A program made the position numbers and the translations under genes. DNA of 64,000 nucleotides, from contig OZ242214.1 in assembly GCA_965206595.1 (NCBI GenBank), positions 4,192,001 through 4,256,000 of the forward strand, written 5' to 3'. Source of the DNA: Candidatus Latescibacterota bacterium (GTDB taxonomy: Bacteria; Latescibacterota; UBA2968; UBA8231). The notes below the pieces were generated by a model that made no database searches, was not told the origin of the DNA, and was given only the letters and a program-made list of their open reading frames with translations. Positions within the stretch are counted from its first letter, which is position 1; every line of letters starts with the position of its first letter. This document shows positions 52,409 to 61,346 of this stretch, one piece after another.

Positions 52409-53359
52409 TCAATCTTGGCCAGTTCCTCGCTCGCGATCTCCGGAGGCACCGGTATGTAGCCGTCCTCGATGACGATTTCCTGACCCTCCCTGGAGAATAC
52501 GAAGCGGAAGAACTCGCGGATCATCGGGTCGAGGGACATGCCGGGCCTGCGGGTTATGTAGAGGAACAGGAACCGCCCCAGAGGGTAGGTTCCATCGAGG
52601 TCGCATTCCTGACGGAAGGCCCTCTGCCTCAGCCAGAGGCACCGCCCTGACGCCGGAGGTGCGGTACCCGATGCTGCTGTACCCGATAACCGCCAGGTCT
52701 TCGGTCACCCCCTGTACGACCGACGCCGAGCCTGGCTGCTCTTTTACCCTGTCTTTGTAGTCCCCTTCGGAGAGGGTGAGTCCTGAAGAACCCGTAGGTT
52801 CCCGAGGCCGAGTTGCGGCCGTACAGGCTGATGGGAGCATTGGACCAGAACCCCTTCAGTCCAAGCTGTCCCCAGCTGCTGACATCGCGGGCAAATCCTC
52901 CGCGCCTGGTTTTCGAAAAATGGCGTCGACCTGGGCAAGGCTCAGCCCGGGGACCGGGTTGTCCTTGTTGACGAAGACGGCGACCGCATCGGGGGAAGTG
53001 CGCAGGGGAGTCGGCTCGTACCCGAACTTCGCCTCGAATTTGTCTATCTCGGTCGGCTTCATGGCAGGGGACGTCGGCCCGAACTGGGCGGTGCCCTCGA
53101 TCAGGGCCGGGGGCGCGGTGCTGCTGCCCTTGCCTTCGATCTGGATGGTCGCCGAGGGATAGTAGTACCTGCGGAAACCCTCAAGCCACAGGGCCATCAG
53201 GTTGTTCATCGTGTCGGAGCCGATGCTGCCGGCGCTTCCCGAGATACCGCTGGTCTTCTCGTACGGCTGTATCCCGGAGTCGACCTCGATGGTCCGCGCC
53301 AGGGTGGCGGACGCGGTCACAAGCGGGACCACTGCCGTCGGGAATCTGCTCCGTAACAT
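52409..53359 (-). pseudogene. pstS: Phosphate-binding protein PstS, about three frameshifts
   Basis: GSDTM, EGKGSSTAPPAL, YGRNSASGTYGFF, EQPGSASVVQG, GTYPLGRFL, SREGQEIV..DGYIP spread over different frames (breaks near 52918, 52775, 52610). Confidence 0.85.
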
Positions 53360-53404
53360 TCCAACCCGACCAATAGTGGTTGTGGGATAAGGAGCTGCGT
53401 TAGC

Positions 53405-53444
53405 TGTAACAATCAGGAAGCCGATTGTTACAAAACTGTTTCGA
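53405..53444 (-). promoter_or_regulatory. Putative operator upstream of pstS (Pho-box-like repeat overlapping a perfect inverted repeat)
   Basis: TGTAACAATC-N8-GATTGTTACA (53405-53432); minus-strand 11-bp-spaced TCGAAACAGTT/TTGTAACAATC (53423-53444). Confidence 0.5.
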
Positions 53445-53509
53445 ATATTACACTTGCATCACGCGGATGTCACCTCCCCGGGGAGGTGATTTGGGACCAT
53501 ATTGCGGGA

Positions 53510-56119
53510 TCAGTAGGCGAGGTGAACGAGCCGATGCGCGGTTGTCGCCGTAGCCGATTCCGAGTCGGCGTCCACATCGATGCGGGCGATGTAGGTTCCG
53601 GGGAGGGCAACGCCGCCGGAGGCGTCCCGGCCGTTCCACGCCATCGAGTAGCTGCCCCTGGGGTCGGCGCGCTTCTCCATCAGCTCCTCGACGACAACGC
53701 CGCGGAAATCGAATACAGTGAGCTTTACGGTCTGCACGGCGCTGATCCGGGTTACGTTGAAGTCGAAGCTCACCTCGTCGTTGATTCCGTCCCCGTTCGG
53801 CGTCAGCACCCGGGTACCGGCCTCGAGGTCGCGGATAACCTGGTTTCCCCCCAGGGCGAGCAAGGTCGTTGTCTGGCTGTCCACCAGATCCGTGGCGTCG
53901 CCCGGGTCGACGCGCTGCCAACCGGGGGAGCGCGAATCCTGTCCAGCGGCCTTGAAGGACGTACTAGTGGAATAGGTGGTGGCCAGAAAGCGGACTTCGA
54001 CCAGTTCGACGCCGCGGTTCAACGGCTCGGGAAAACGAAACCACACGCTGCCGGCCGGAGAATCGATCACCTCCAGCTCCAGCAGTTCGAATACCGTTTC
54101 CCGTCCGAGTTCGAAATCCCCATCGCTTCCGGCACGCGCCTCGACCAGGTCGAGGGTCGCGTCTCCACTCGCTTCAATCCTGAACTCGTCGAACCCCTGG
54201 CCGGAGCCGAAGAAGGGGCGCAGGAAGAAAGAGAGCTCCCGAGGCCGGCCCAGCTCGTCGATCAGGGTCGGTGAGATTTCCCCGACCAGCCGGTTGGCGA
54301 CCGGGTCGGAGAGATTCACCCGGATGGAGTGCAACCGGGCGGCTGCATGCGGGTCCCGGGACAGGATCGACGCCTTGATCTGCATGTACTGACGAGGGCT
54401 CGGGGAGGTGATTTCCGCCCCCTGTCGCACGTAGGGAACGCTCCACGGGCTCCAGTCCCCGGATGGCTCGAACCGGGTCTCGATATCTCCCCGCTTTGCC
54501 TTGGGCAGCCGGTCGTAGCGGCTCTGGGAGATGATATTGCCCCCTGAGTCGTAGTAGATGTAGATCTCGTCGAGTGTGTCTCCCGACCGGGTCCGAAGCT
54601 GCACGCTGGTTCCATGTGGAGTATCGGCCTCCCATTCCAGCGACAGCAGGTTCTTGCTGCTGTCGAGCAGTATCAGGTCGGAGGTCAGCTCGACGCCGGC
54701 AACGAACCCCTCTCCGTAAACCAGCATTTCGAGGATACCCCACCACAGCTTCCGGTTCATGAAGCGCCCGAAATTGCCGAAGGGGGCCCTGATGTAGCGG
54801 GCGGCGACGGGCTCCATCGAGAACTGGAAGTACTTCGCCCTGTTGTCGGCGGCGGGGATCTCCTGCAGGACCCCGGCGACGTTGTCACCGGCCACGCGCC
54901 TCCAGGCGAGGCCGCCGTCCGGGGTACGCGATCCGTCGGAGACCTCGACGGAGAGCTCGTCGATGCCGCCTTCGCCGTCGTTGAGGAACTGCACGGTATC
55001 GATCCAGTAGTGGGCCCCGAGATCCACGAGGATGTGGTAGACGAGGCCGCCGAATATGGTGCCGTTGTGCCCGGTGGAGTACATGCCGTCGGATATGGTG
55101 TTGCCGAGGTTCTTGGGAGTGGGGGAATCGATCTCCACGGTCGCGAGTCCGCCGCGTTGGGCCAAGCCGAACAGGAGGTTGTCGCCGGCAGTCCAGGCCT
55201 CGATCTCGGCCAGGCGGGGCAGCTCCCTGCGGTAGTACCGGATCCGCCCCCTTCTCTCCGGCGCCAGGTCCTCGAATTCCTCCTCCGAGATCGCCGTTTC
55301 CCTTCCCGAAGGCTCGCTCCGGTAATACTCCGCGGCCCCCTTCCTGCCGGCGGGAAGCAGTTCGTACGCTTCCGCGGACACCTCCTCGGCGCGGTCGAGA
55401 TCGCTGTCGGTAACGACCACCCGGATCTTCTCGAGGGCGTCGCCGGCGAAGCCGCCCCTCGTAATGATTGTGCGGTGGCCCACGCCGCCGGACTGGGACC
55501 GCGGGGCGGGGAAGTACTCGAAGACCCGCCGGGTCTTGTTCGGGCGGTCCGTCCTGCCGATTTCCCAGTAGTTGGGAACGCTCGTGCCGTCGAGGTAGAA
55601 ATCGGGAGCCGACACCGGGGGAGGGGTGTGCCAGAGCAGGACCTTGAACTGGTTGAAAGGATCGCCGTCCCCCTCTTCGGCGAAGCGAAGCACGATCCGG
55701 TCCACCACGACGATGCGTCCCAGGTTGACCTCGACCCACCAGTTTTCCACGCCGCTCTCGAGATCGGGGCCCCAGGCCGTGCTCAGATCGCCGTCGAGGA
55801 GGAAGTCAGCCTCTTCAGGATTGGAGCCGGCCGTCGCTCCGCCCTGGTTGTCCTCGGTCGCGAATCCGGTTGCTTCGAGGGATGCGTTGACGTTCTTGCG
55901 GATGAACTGCGGCCCGACGGATCCCGAGGGAGAGATCTCTACAGTTCCTCCGGCCACCTCCCAGGCACGCCAATGGGAGCTGCGGTCGACGACGATACGG
56001 TTTCCGGTGATGAGGTGGCCCTGCTGTGCCGGAGAGCTCTGAGGGCAGAGCAGGCAGAGGCAGAACGCCGCAAAGGCAAACGGCAGATGAGATGAAGGGG
56101 GTGTGCCCGAGAGTGTCAT
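53510..56119 (-). CDS. Secreted protein with discoidin-like region and C-terminal FlgD-Ig/CHU_C-like domain (family type B)
   Basis: IVVDRSSHW..W, LLDGDLSTAW...WWVEVNLGR, WQRVDPGDAT, LTPNGDGIND...VHLAY; colinear with 3602..6109. Confidence 0.85.
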   Translation of the reverse strand: MTLSGTPPSSHLPFAFAAFCLCLLCPQSSPAQQGHLITGNRIVVDRSSHWRAWEVAGGTVEISPSGSVGPQFIRKNVNASLEATGFATEDNQGGATAGSNPEEADFLLDGDLSTAWGPDLESGVENWWVEVNLGRIVVVDRIVLRFAEEGDGDPFNQFKVLLWHTPPPVSAPDFYLDGTSVPNYWEIGRTDRPNKTRRVFEYFPAPRSQSGGVGHRTIITRGGFAGDALEKIRVVVTDSDLDRAEEVSAEAYELLPAGRKGAAEYYRSEPSGRETAISEEEFEDLAPERRGRIRYYRRELPRLAEIEAWTAGDNLLFGLAQRGGLATVEIDSPTPKNLGNTISDGMYSTGHNGTIFGGLVYHILVDLGAHYWIDTVQFLNDGEGGIDELSVEVSDGSRTPDGGLAWRRVAGDNVAGVLQEIPAADNRAKYFQFSMEPVAARYIRAPFGNFGRFMNRKLWWGILEMLVYGEGFVAGVELTSDLILLDSSKNLLSLEWEADTPHGTSVQLRTRSGDTLDEIYIYYDSGGNIISQSRYDRLPKAKRGDIETRFEPSGDWSPWSVPYVRQGAEITSPSPRQYMQIKASILSRDPHAAARLHSIRVNLSDPVANRLVGEISPTLIDELGRPRELSFFLRPFFGSGQGFDEFRIEASGDATLDLVEARAGSDGDFELGRETVFELLELEVIDSPAGSVWFRFPEPLNRGVELVEVRFLATTYSTSTSFKAAGQDSRSPGWQRVDPGDATDLVDSQTTTLLALGGNQVIRDLEAGTRVLTPNGDGINDEVSFDFNVTRISAVQTVKLTVFDFRGVVVEELMEKRADPRGSYSMAWNGRDASGGVALPGTYIARIDVDADSESATATTAHRLVHLAY

Positions 56120-56317
56120 GGTGCCATCCATTCTTTCCGCGCCGGAGGGCGGGTCTCCTGCCCGGAGGTTACGATTACGGCATGGCAGAGGTTGGATCTT
56201 TCCCTTGCGGGAACGGCCCCGGCTTCCCGGATCCCGGAAAGCGGTTGACGCGGCAGTTGGGGCGCTAAGGCGGTGGAGACGAGCAGCCACGTTGGACGTC
56301 CGCCGGCCCGGGAGGCT

Positions 56318-57436
56318 TCAGTAGCTGTAGGTGAAATGGAGATCCACCCGGTTGGCGGTCCCGTCGTGCGATTGCTTGTACTCCGTCGTCCAGTGCAAAT
56401 ACTCGACCGCGGCCTGGAAGTTCTTCCAGGGCCGGTAGCGGTTCACCAGGTAGACCGCCTGATTCCTGGTGCGCCCCCCTTCGGGCACCGTCTCCTCATC
56501 CGGTGTGTCCATGAGCACTCCGGCATACAGCTTCCAACCCTCGCTCGGCTTGACCAGGACATGGACCCAGCCGCCGGAGGACGCGATCTCCTCTCCGGTC
56601 TCCGTGTTGATTCCCTGGCCGATGCCGCCGCGGATATCGGAGAGATTGCTGCCGGTCCAGCCCTCTCCTTCGATGGCCAGCCTGTCAGCCGGGGATACCG
56701 AGAAGTCCAGTCCCACCACCGTCGAAGTGAAGTTGGAGGAATTGCCGGCTACCGGGGTAGCTGTCTCCTCCGACCCTCTATGGGCCCAGGCGCCGGCCTT
56801 GAATCTTTTTTGCTCAATCCCGACCCGTGTCTGCACGAAGGGCATCCCTGCCTCCGAGCCATCGAGAATGCCGTTGCCGTCGAGATCCTTCTTGTCCACC
56901 GCCCCTGTCTGGCCGACGGCGATTGCCGCGGAAAATCCGGTCCCGGACTTGTAGGTGAGCCGCGCCTGGGGGTGGCGGTCGCCAAGATTGCCGGTGTTCC
57001 ACATCATTCCGTCGTTGTTGGCCGCCGGGAACAGGGGGGAAATCAGGTCCCAGGTCTGACCGGCAAGGAAGTGCCAATTTCCTTGCCTCAGGTTGAAATA
57101 CGCCTTCCGCAGGCGCAGAATCTGACGCGATTCGCTGCCGCCGTTCTGGAAGTCGGTTTCGATGACCCCGCTTATCTCGCTGTCTTCCCCCAATTCGACT
57201 GGCGTGAACCTGGCCCCCATCCGGGTGAGGCGGGGGTACATGGTCAGATTGCCGTTGTCTTCGGCCCCCGGGGGCTCGGACTTCACCCAGTTGGGGTATT
57301 GATGGTGAGACAGCCTTGAGTCGTCGAGGACGGCGTCGAAGCGGATGAAGCCGTAGGGGGTGAATTGTCCTGCAGACCCCGGCTCCGACCCTCCTAGCAG
57401 GCAGATCAGCACAAATAAAGGAATTGCCTTCTTCAC
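56318..57436 (-). CDS. Outer-membrane porin (DcaP-like beta-barrel)
   Basis: Signal peptide; PYGFIRFDAVLD, GVIETDF, LRLRKAY, LAGQTW; amphipathic C-terminal strand ending in Y. Confidence 0.78.
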   Translation of the reverse strand: MKKAIPLFVLICLLGGSEPGSAGQFTPYGFIRFDAVLDDSRLSHHQYPNWVKSEPPGAEDNGNLTMYPRLTRMGARFTPVELGEDSEISGVIETDFQNGGSESRQILRLRKAYFNLRQGNWHFLAGQTWDLISPLFPAANNDGMMWNTGNLGDRHPQARLTYKSGTGFSAAIAVGQTGAVDKKDLDGNGILDGSEAGMPFVQTRVGIEQKRFKAGAWAHRGSEETATPVAGNSSNFTSTVVGLDFSVSPADRLAIEGEGWTGSNLSDIRGGIGQGINTETGEEIASSGGWVHVLVKPSEGWKLYAGVLMDTPDEETVPEGGRTRNQAVYLVNRYRPWKNFQAAVEYLHWTTEYKQSHDGTANRVDLHFTYSY

Positions 57437-57620
57437 GAATCGCTCCTTTGCAGTTGAAGTTCCGTGCCCACTTAACAGGGAAACCGTCGCTGTGCCTTCC
57501 TTGGAAACCGTTCCGGTCGATGTTGGGAATCACATGTTTCGCCGGTGCCTGACTTCGAAAAAATCATAACTGTAATACGCGGACAGGGAAAGAACCGGCC
57601 TGGCGGTGGTTGTGGCGAGC

Positions 57621-57650
57621 TCTGTCTGCAACCTAAGAGTTGCAGACAGA
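57621..57650. promoter_or_regulatory. Perfect 12-bp inverted repeat in the divergent porin/tpx intergenic region
   Basis: TCTGTCTGCAAC-ctaaga-GTTGCAGACAGA. Confidence 0.45.
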
Positions 57651-57712
57651 CATTCCGGGTCTATGTTTCCCGGTCTCAAACCGGCAGGAATCGGAACAAG
57701 GAGAAAACAATT

Positions 57713-58234
57713 ATGGCTCGCACTGGAGCCGTAACCTTCATGGGGGGACCCCTGACCCTGGCAGGTGAGGAGCTTCACGTCGGACAGCAGGCCCCCGATT
57801 TCGTTCTGCACTACTTCGAGGAGGGTATGCGGACCATTACCCTGGCCGATCTCGAGGGAAAGCCTTCCATCATAAGTGTGGTGCCCTCCCTCGACACCCC
57901 AGTCTGCGCCGTGCAGACGAGACGTTTCAACGAAGAGCTCGCCGGTCTGGGGGACCGCGTCCACGCCTTGACGGTAAGCTGCGATCTGCCGTTTGCGATC
58001 GCCCGCTTCTGTGGCGAAGAGGGGATCGCCAACATGCGCACCGGCAGCGACTACCAGGATCGCAGGTTCGGAGAGGATTGGGGGATGATGATCGAGGAGC
58101 TGAGAATCCTGGCCCGGGCCGTCTTCGTGCTCGACGCCAGTGGAAAGATCGTCTACTCACAGGTTGTTCCCGAGGTGACCGACGAACCCGACTACGACGC
58201 GGCGTTGGCCGCACTCGGGGAACTGGCCGGCTGA
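57713..58234 (+). CDS. tpx: Thiol peroxidase (atypical 2-Cys peroxiredoxin)
   Basis: VPSLDTPVC, SCDLPFAIARFCG, LARAVFV, EPDYDAAL; AAGGAG RBS. Confidence 0.95.
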   Translation: MARTGAVTFMGGPLTLAGEELHVGQQAPDFVLHYFEEGMRTITLADLEGKPSIISVVPSLDTPVCAVQTRRFNEELAGLGDRVHALTVSCDLPFAIARFCGEEGIANMRTGSDYQDRRFGEDWGMMIEELRILARAVFVLDASGKIVYSQVVPEVTDEPDYDAALAALGELAG

Positions 58235-58291
58235 GCGGCCTTCCTCCCGGCCCCCCACCTCCGGCTGCGTGCTGGAAACCGCGATCCGGCG

Positions 58292-59449
58292 TCAGCTGCT
58301 CACGCAGCGCCGGATCCAGTCGAGGTTCGGGCGCGGCATGATGCCGTAGTTGTAGAAGGAGAACTGTTCCCCCCCGCATTCCCGGGCGCGCGCGAAGACG
58401 GCTGCGAGGGTTTCCGCGTCACCTGCGCACGGGGGATAGGCCTGCAATCCGACGACCAGCCTCCCCGGCTCGATCCGCGACTGCTCGAGAGCTCCCTTGA
58501 CCCGTTCTTCGAGGATCTCCGGGCTGGCGGTGTAAACCAGCGCCCCGAGGAAGTCGCATTGCCCGGCGATCTTTTCCGGCCTGATGCCGGCCAACCAGCG
58601 GTCTCCCATCAGCAGGAAGGAGACCTCGGGAGCGCCGCTGTCCGCCTTGATTCTGCCGATCAGCGAGGTCACGAGATCTTCCCGCATCTCCTGGAACGCC
58701 GCCAGCTCGGGATGCGACTCCACGAATGAGGGGATTTCTCCTTCCAGCCCCTTCCCCGAGGCGAAGACCTGGTCCAGCTGCCGCTTGACCCACGATTTCA
58801 GTCCCGCTGCGTCGATGCCTCGCTGTTTCGCCCTGGCAACGCAACCGGGAGAAAAGCACAGGCTGTACAGGTAGTTTCCCACGGTGCCCAGGGGCACGCC
58901 GTCCTTGGTGTGGAAGTGGGAATGCCCGTACCCGCCGAAGTTGCAGGTCTCGAGTTCGACCCGCCTGACTCCGTAGTTGGCGACGAGATCGGTGCAGAGG
59001 GCGGAGACATAGGCGCGCACCTCTTCTTCCCCGGGACACAGGATCCAGCCGAGGTTGTCGCCGTATGCGGTCTGCTGGGCGTACTGGGGATAGGTCCGCG
59101 CCAGGCGGCTGGTGTGCAGGCAGACCGTCCAGCTGATGAGATCGAGGCCCTGTCCGTAACAGGTTTCGGCCAGTTCCTGCAAGGGGTTGGAGTCCCGGGC
59201 AAGGGGAGCGACGTAGGGCTCGATGGCGGTATCGCCGTACAAGCTGCCGTCGGGAAGGAAGTAGACCGCGGCGGAGTCGCCCGTGAGCAACTTGCGGCCC
59301 TGCCGGCGAGGCCGCACCTGCTGGAAGGTGTGGTAGGCCGTGGCGACGCTGATCGCGTCAAGGCCGATCTCATGGCGCAGATAGCGGACCGATTCGGCGA
59401 TGCCGTCGTCACAGAGATCCCACAGATAGGTCCAGATGGTGTTGTACAT
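58292..59449 (-). CDS. Hypothetical TIM-barrel glycoside-hydrolase-like protein
   Basis: YLWDL, SVATAYH, WTVCLH, LCP...VRAY, FYNYG motifs; 385 aa. Confidence 0.65.
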   Translation of the reverse strand: MYNTIWTYLWDLCDDGIAESVRYLRHEIGLDAISVATAYHTFQQVRPRRQGRKLLTGDSAAVYFLPDGSLYGDTAIEPYVAPLARDSNPLQELAETCYGQGLDLISWTVCLHTSRLARTYPQYAQQTAYGDNLGWILCPGEEEVRAYVSALCTDLVANYGVRRVELETCNFGGYGHSHFHTKDGVPLGTVGNYLYSLCFSPGCVARAKQRGIDAAGLKSWVKRQLDQVFASGKGLEGEIPSFVESHPELAAFQEMREDLVTSLIGRIKADSGAPEVSFLLMGDRWLAGIRPEKIAGQCDFLGALVYTASPEILEERVKGALEQSRIEPGRLVVGLQAYPPCAGDAETLAAVFARARECGGEQFSFYNYGIMPRPNLDWIRRCVSS

Positions 59450-59574
59450 GCGTCAGTGCTCCGTCGAGAGAGGATTTTCGATAGTACTTCCGGACAAGCC
59501 CGGTGCACAGGGGCAGCCGGCGCGATCTCAGAAGAGGCTGCCCGTCGCTGTCAGTCAAATATCAGGAGAAAAAA

Positions 59575-59922
59575 ATGCTTTCGGTGGCACAGCGTTTCCT
59601 CGATCCCCGACATACGATCTTTTCAAGGCGATCGCCGATGAGCTCGGACTCGCCGTCTCGAGCGTCACGATCGACGTCATCGGAGATTCTGTCCTCCACA
59701 CGTCTCGGTTGCGCGCGGATCACCGCGGTGGACTTGGAGGCCTCCCCGGGGGACGCGCTGGCTGTCGCACAACGTACCTTCGCGGACATAGTCGGAACGG
59801 CCGCTCTTCTCGAGCACCTGACATTGAGGTTGGAGGACGGATCGGAATCGGCGGCACCAGCAGGAAAAACAGCCTCGGCCGGCCGGAAGCTGGCAGAGCA
59901 CCGGGAAGACACCGATCCTTAG
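59575..59922 (+). pseudogene. Degenerate bifunctional nuclease (DUF151) fragment
   Basis: FPRSPTYDLFKAIADELG..VSSVTID in one frame and LEASPGDALAVA in another resemble RPxTHDL and DARPSDAIALA; N-terminus missing. Confidence 0.5.
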
Positions 59923-60021
59923 TTGCGACAGCTGCGGGATCAGAGCGGTGACGGGTAACAGCTGCCAACCCCGGCGCATCCCTGCCCTACTTCCGCGGCT
60001 CCGCGGAGACCGGATTATCCG

Positions 60022-60810
60022 ATGTTGACAGATCAGCAAATCAGCCATTTCCAGGCGTTCGGCCTGTTGGTCCTTCGCGGCGCCTTCTCCAACGCCGAAA
60101 CCGGGGAGCTCATCGATGAGACCGAGAGGCTGTATCGCCGAATCCTCGGACGCGAACCGCAGGAGGATGAAGTGGTATGGGAAGCCGAGTTTGTCGAACG
60201 CAGCCAGCAGTTGATGGGGCTGATCGATGACGAGCGCATCCACGAGGCAGCCCGCGACCTGATCGGAGACCGCTTTCTGTGGGTCGGTTCGGAAGGAATG
60301 CGGGGCGTGGACCGGAACGGACCGGTCCATCATTGGCATACCGACGGGGACAAATCGAGGGTGAAGCTGACCTCCCGGCGTTTGAAGATCATGCTCTACC
60401 TCGACCCGCTGACCCGGGAGGAAGGTGCACTTCGCGTTATCCCTGGGTCGCACCGGTCGCCCCTGTTCGACACCCTCCTGCCTTTCCAGGATGAGCATAC
60501 AAAGAAACACCCCGTCTTTTTCGGGCTGCAGGGCCAGGACATACCCGGGTGCGCCGTAGAGACGGCTCCCGGCGACATCGCGATCGTGAACCCCTGGATA
60601 TTTCACTCCGTGTACGGCAAGGTGGGGAGGCGAAGAACCATCGTTTTGAAGTTCGCCGGGCGACCCCAGACCGAGGCCGAGCTGAAAGAGCTGAAACAGT
60701 CTCCAGGTATCTTCAACCCTCATCGAGCCCTGCTGGAAAGCAGGAGCCCGCGGATCAGGCGGATGGTCGAGGGCTTGGCCGCGCTCGAAAAGAAGGCAGC
60801 GGCAGTATGA
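60022..60810 (+). CDS. Phytanoyl-CoA dioxygenase (PhyH) family protein
   Basis: MLTDQQISHFQAFG, WHTD, GALRVIPGSH, PGD...IFHS...RR. Confidence 0.9.
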   Translation: MLTDQQISHFQAFGLLVLRGAFSNAETGELIDETERLYRRILGREPQEDEVVWEAEFVERSQQLMGLIDDERIHEAARDLIGDRFLWVGSEGMRGVDRNGPVHHWHTDGDKSRVKLTSRRLKIMLYLDPLTREEGALRVIPGSHRSPLFDTLLPFQDEHTKKHPVFFGLQGQDIPGCAVETAPGDIAIVNPWIFHSVYGKVGRRRTIVLKFAGRPQTEAELKELKQSPGIFNPHRALLESRSPRIRRMVEGLAALEKKAAAV

Positions 60811-60979
60811 CCGCCTCAACGGACATCCAACGCAACCGGTGGGCATGCATTGGCCACGGCAACCGGGTCTGTGAGCAAGTCAGGCCGCCCGCTGCCCGGC
60901 CTCGCCTGAAGGGCAACTCCGGACCCCGGCCCCGGAGAGGTGCGGGTGCGCATGAAGACCTCCTCGATCTGCGAGCCGG

Positions 60980-61327
60980 CTACCAGCCGATCCGGGCTTG
61001 TGGGATTTCGCCGTACTCCCGGTGGCGCGCGATGTCTCGCGGCATGGTTTTGACGTAGTCTCCACGGATCGCGTACAGGCGGGCGCTGTCGAGCTCGATC
61101 TCGAGGCGCAGAAAGCGTTCCTTCAAAGCCGACATTTTTCTGCCGTCTTTCCAGGCCGGGGTCCAGGCGGTGTCGTCGCCGGAGAACGGCTGGCAGTCCT
61201 CGAAGCAGTACCCTTCCAACGGCGCCCCCATCGGGTCGGTGACCTGCGCGCGCACCCTGCCCCCCTGGCTGGCGACGTTGTCAAGCCGGTTGAGTCTCTG
61301 GTCGTCGAACAGCAGTGTGGTGGTCAT
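60980..61327 (-). pseudogene. Internally deleted remnant of a larger beta-propeller-type hydrolase
   Basis: N-terminal MTTTLLFDDQRLNRLDNV fused in frame to a C-terminal-type module GRVRAQVTD..G.PLEGY.FEDC.PFSGD...W...LRLEIEL..ARLYAI; only ~115 aa. Confidence 0.55.
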
Positions 61328-61346
61328 GCCGGAGGAACCGCCGGTG

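Noticed and set aside
1415-56119. Diversity-generating retroelement acting on the paralog family
   Set aside because: No reverse transcriptase and no near-identical template/variable repeat pair; the paralogs differ throughout, including at synonymous sites
126-60846. Many long antisense or alternative-frame ORFs (e.g. 126..1346, 6366..8048, 23957..25840, 47291..49459)
   Set aside because: Shadow ORFs typical of high-GC DNA; R/P/G/A-rich and overlapping genes with clear family motifs
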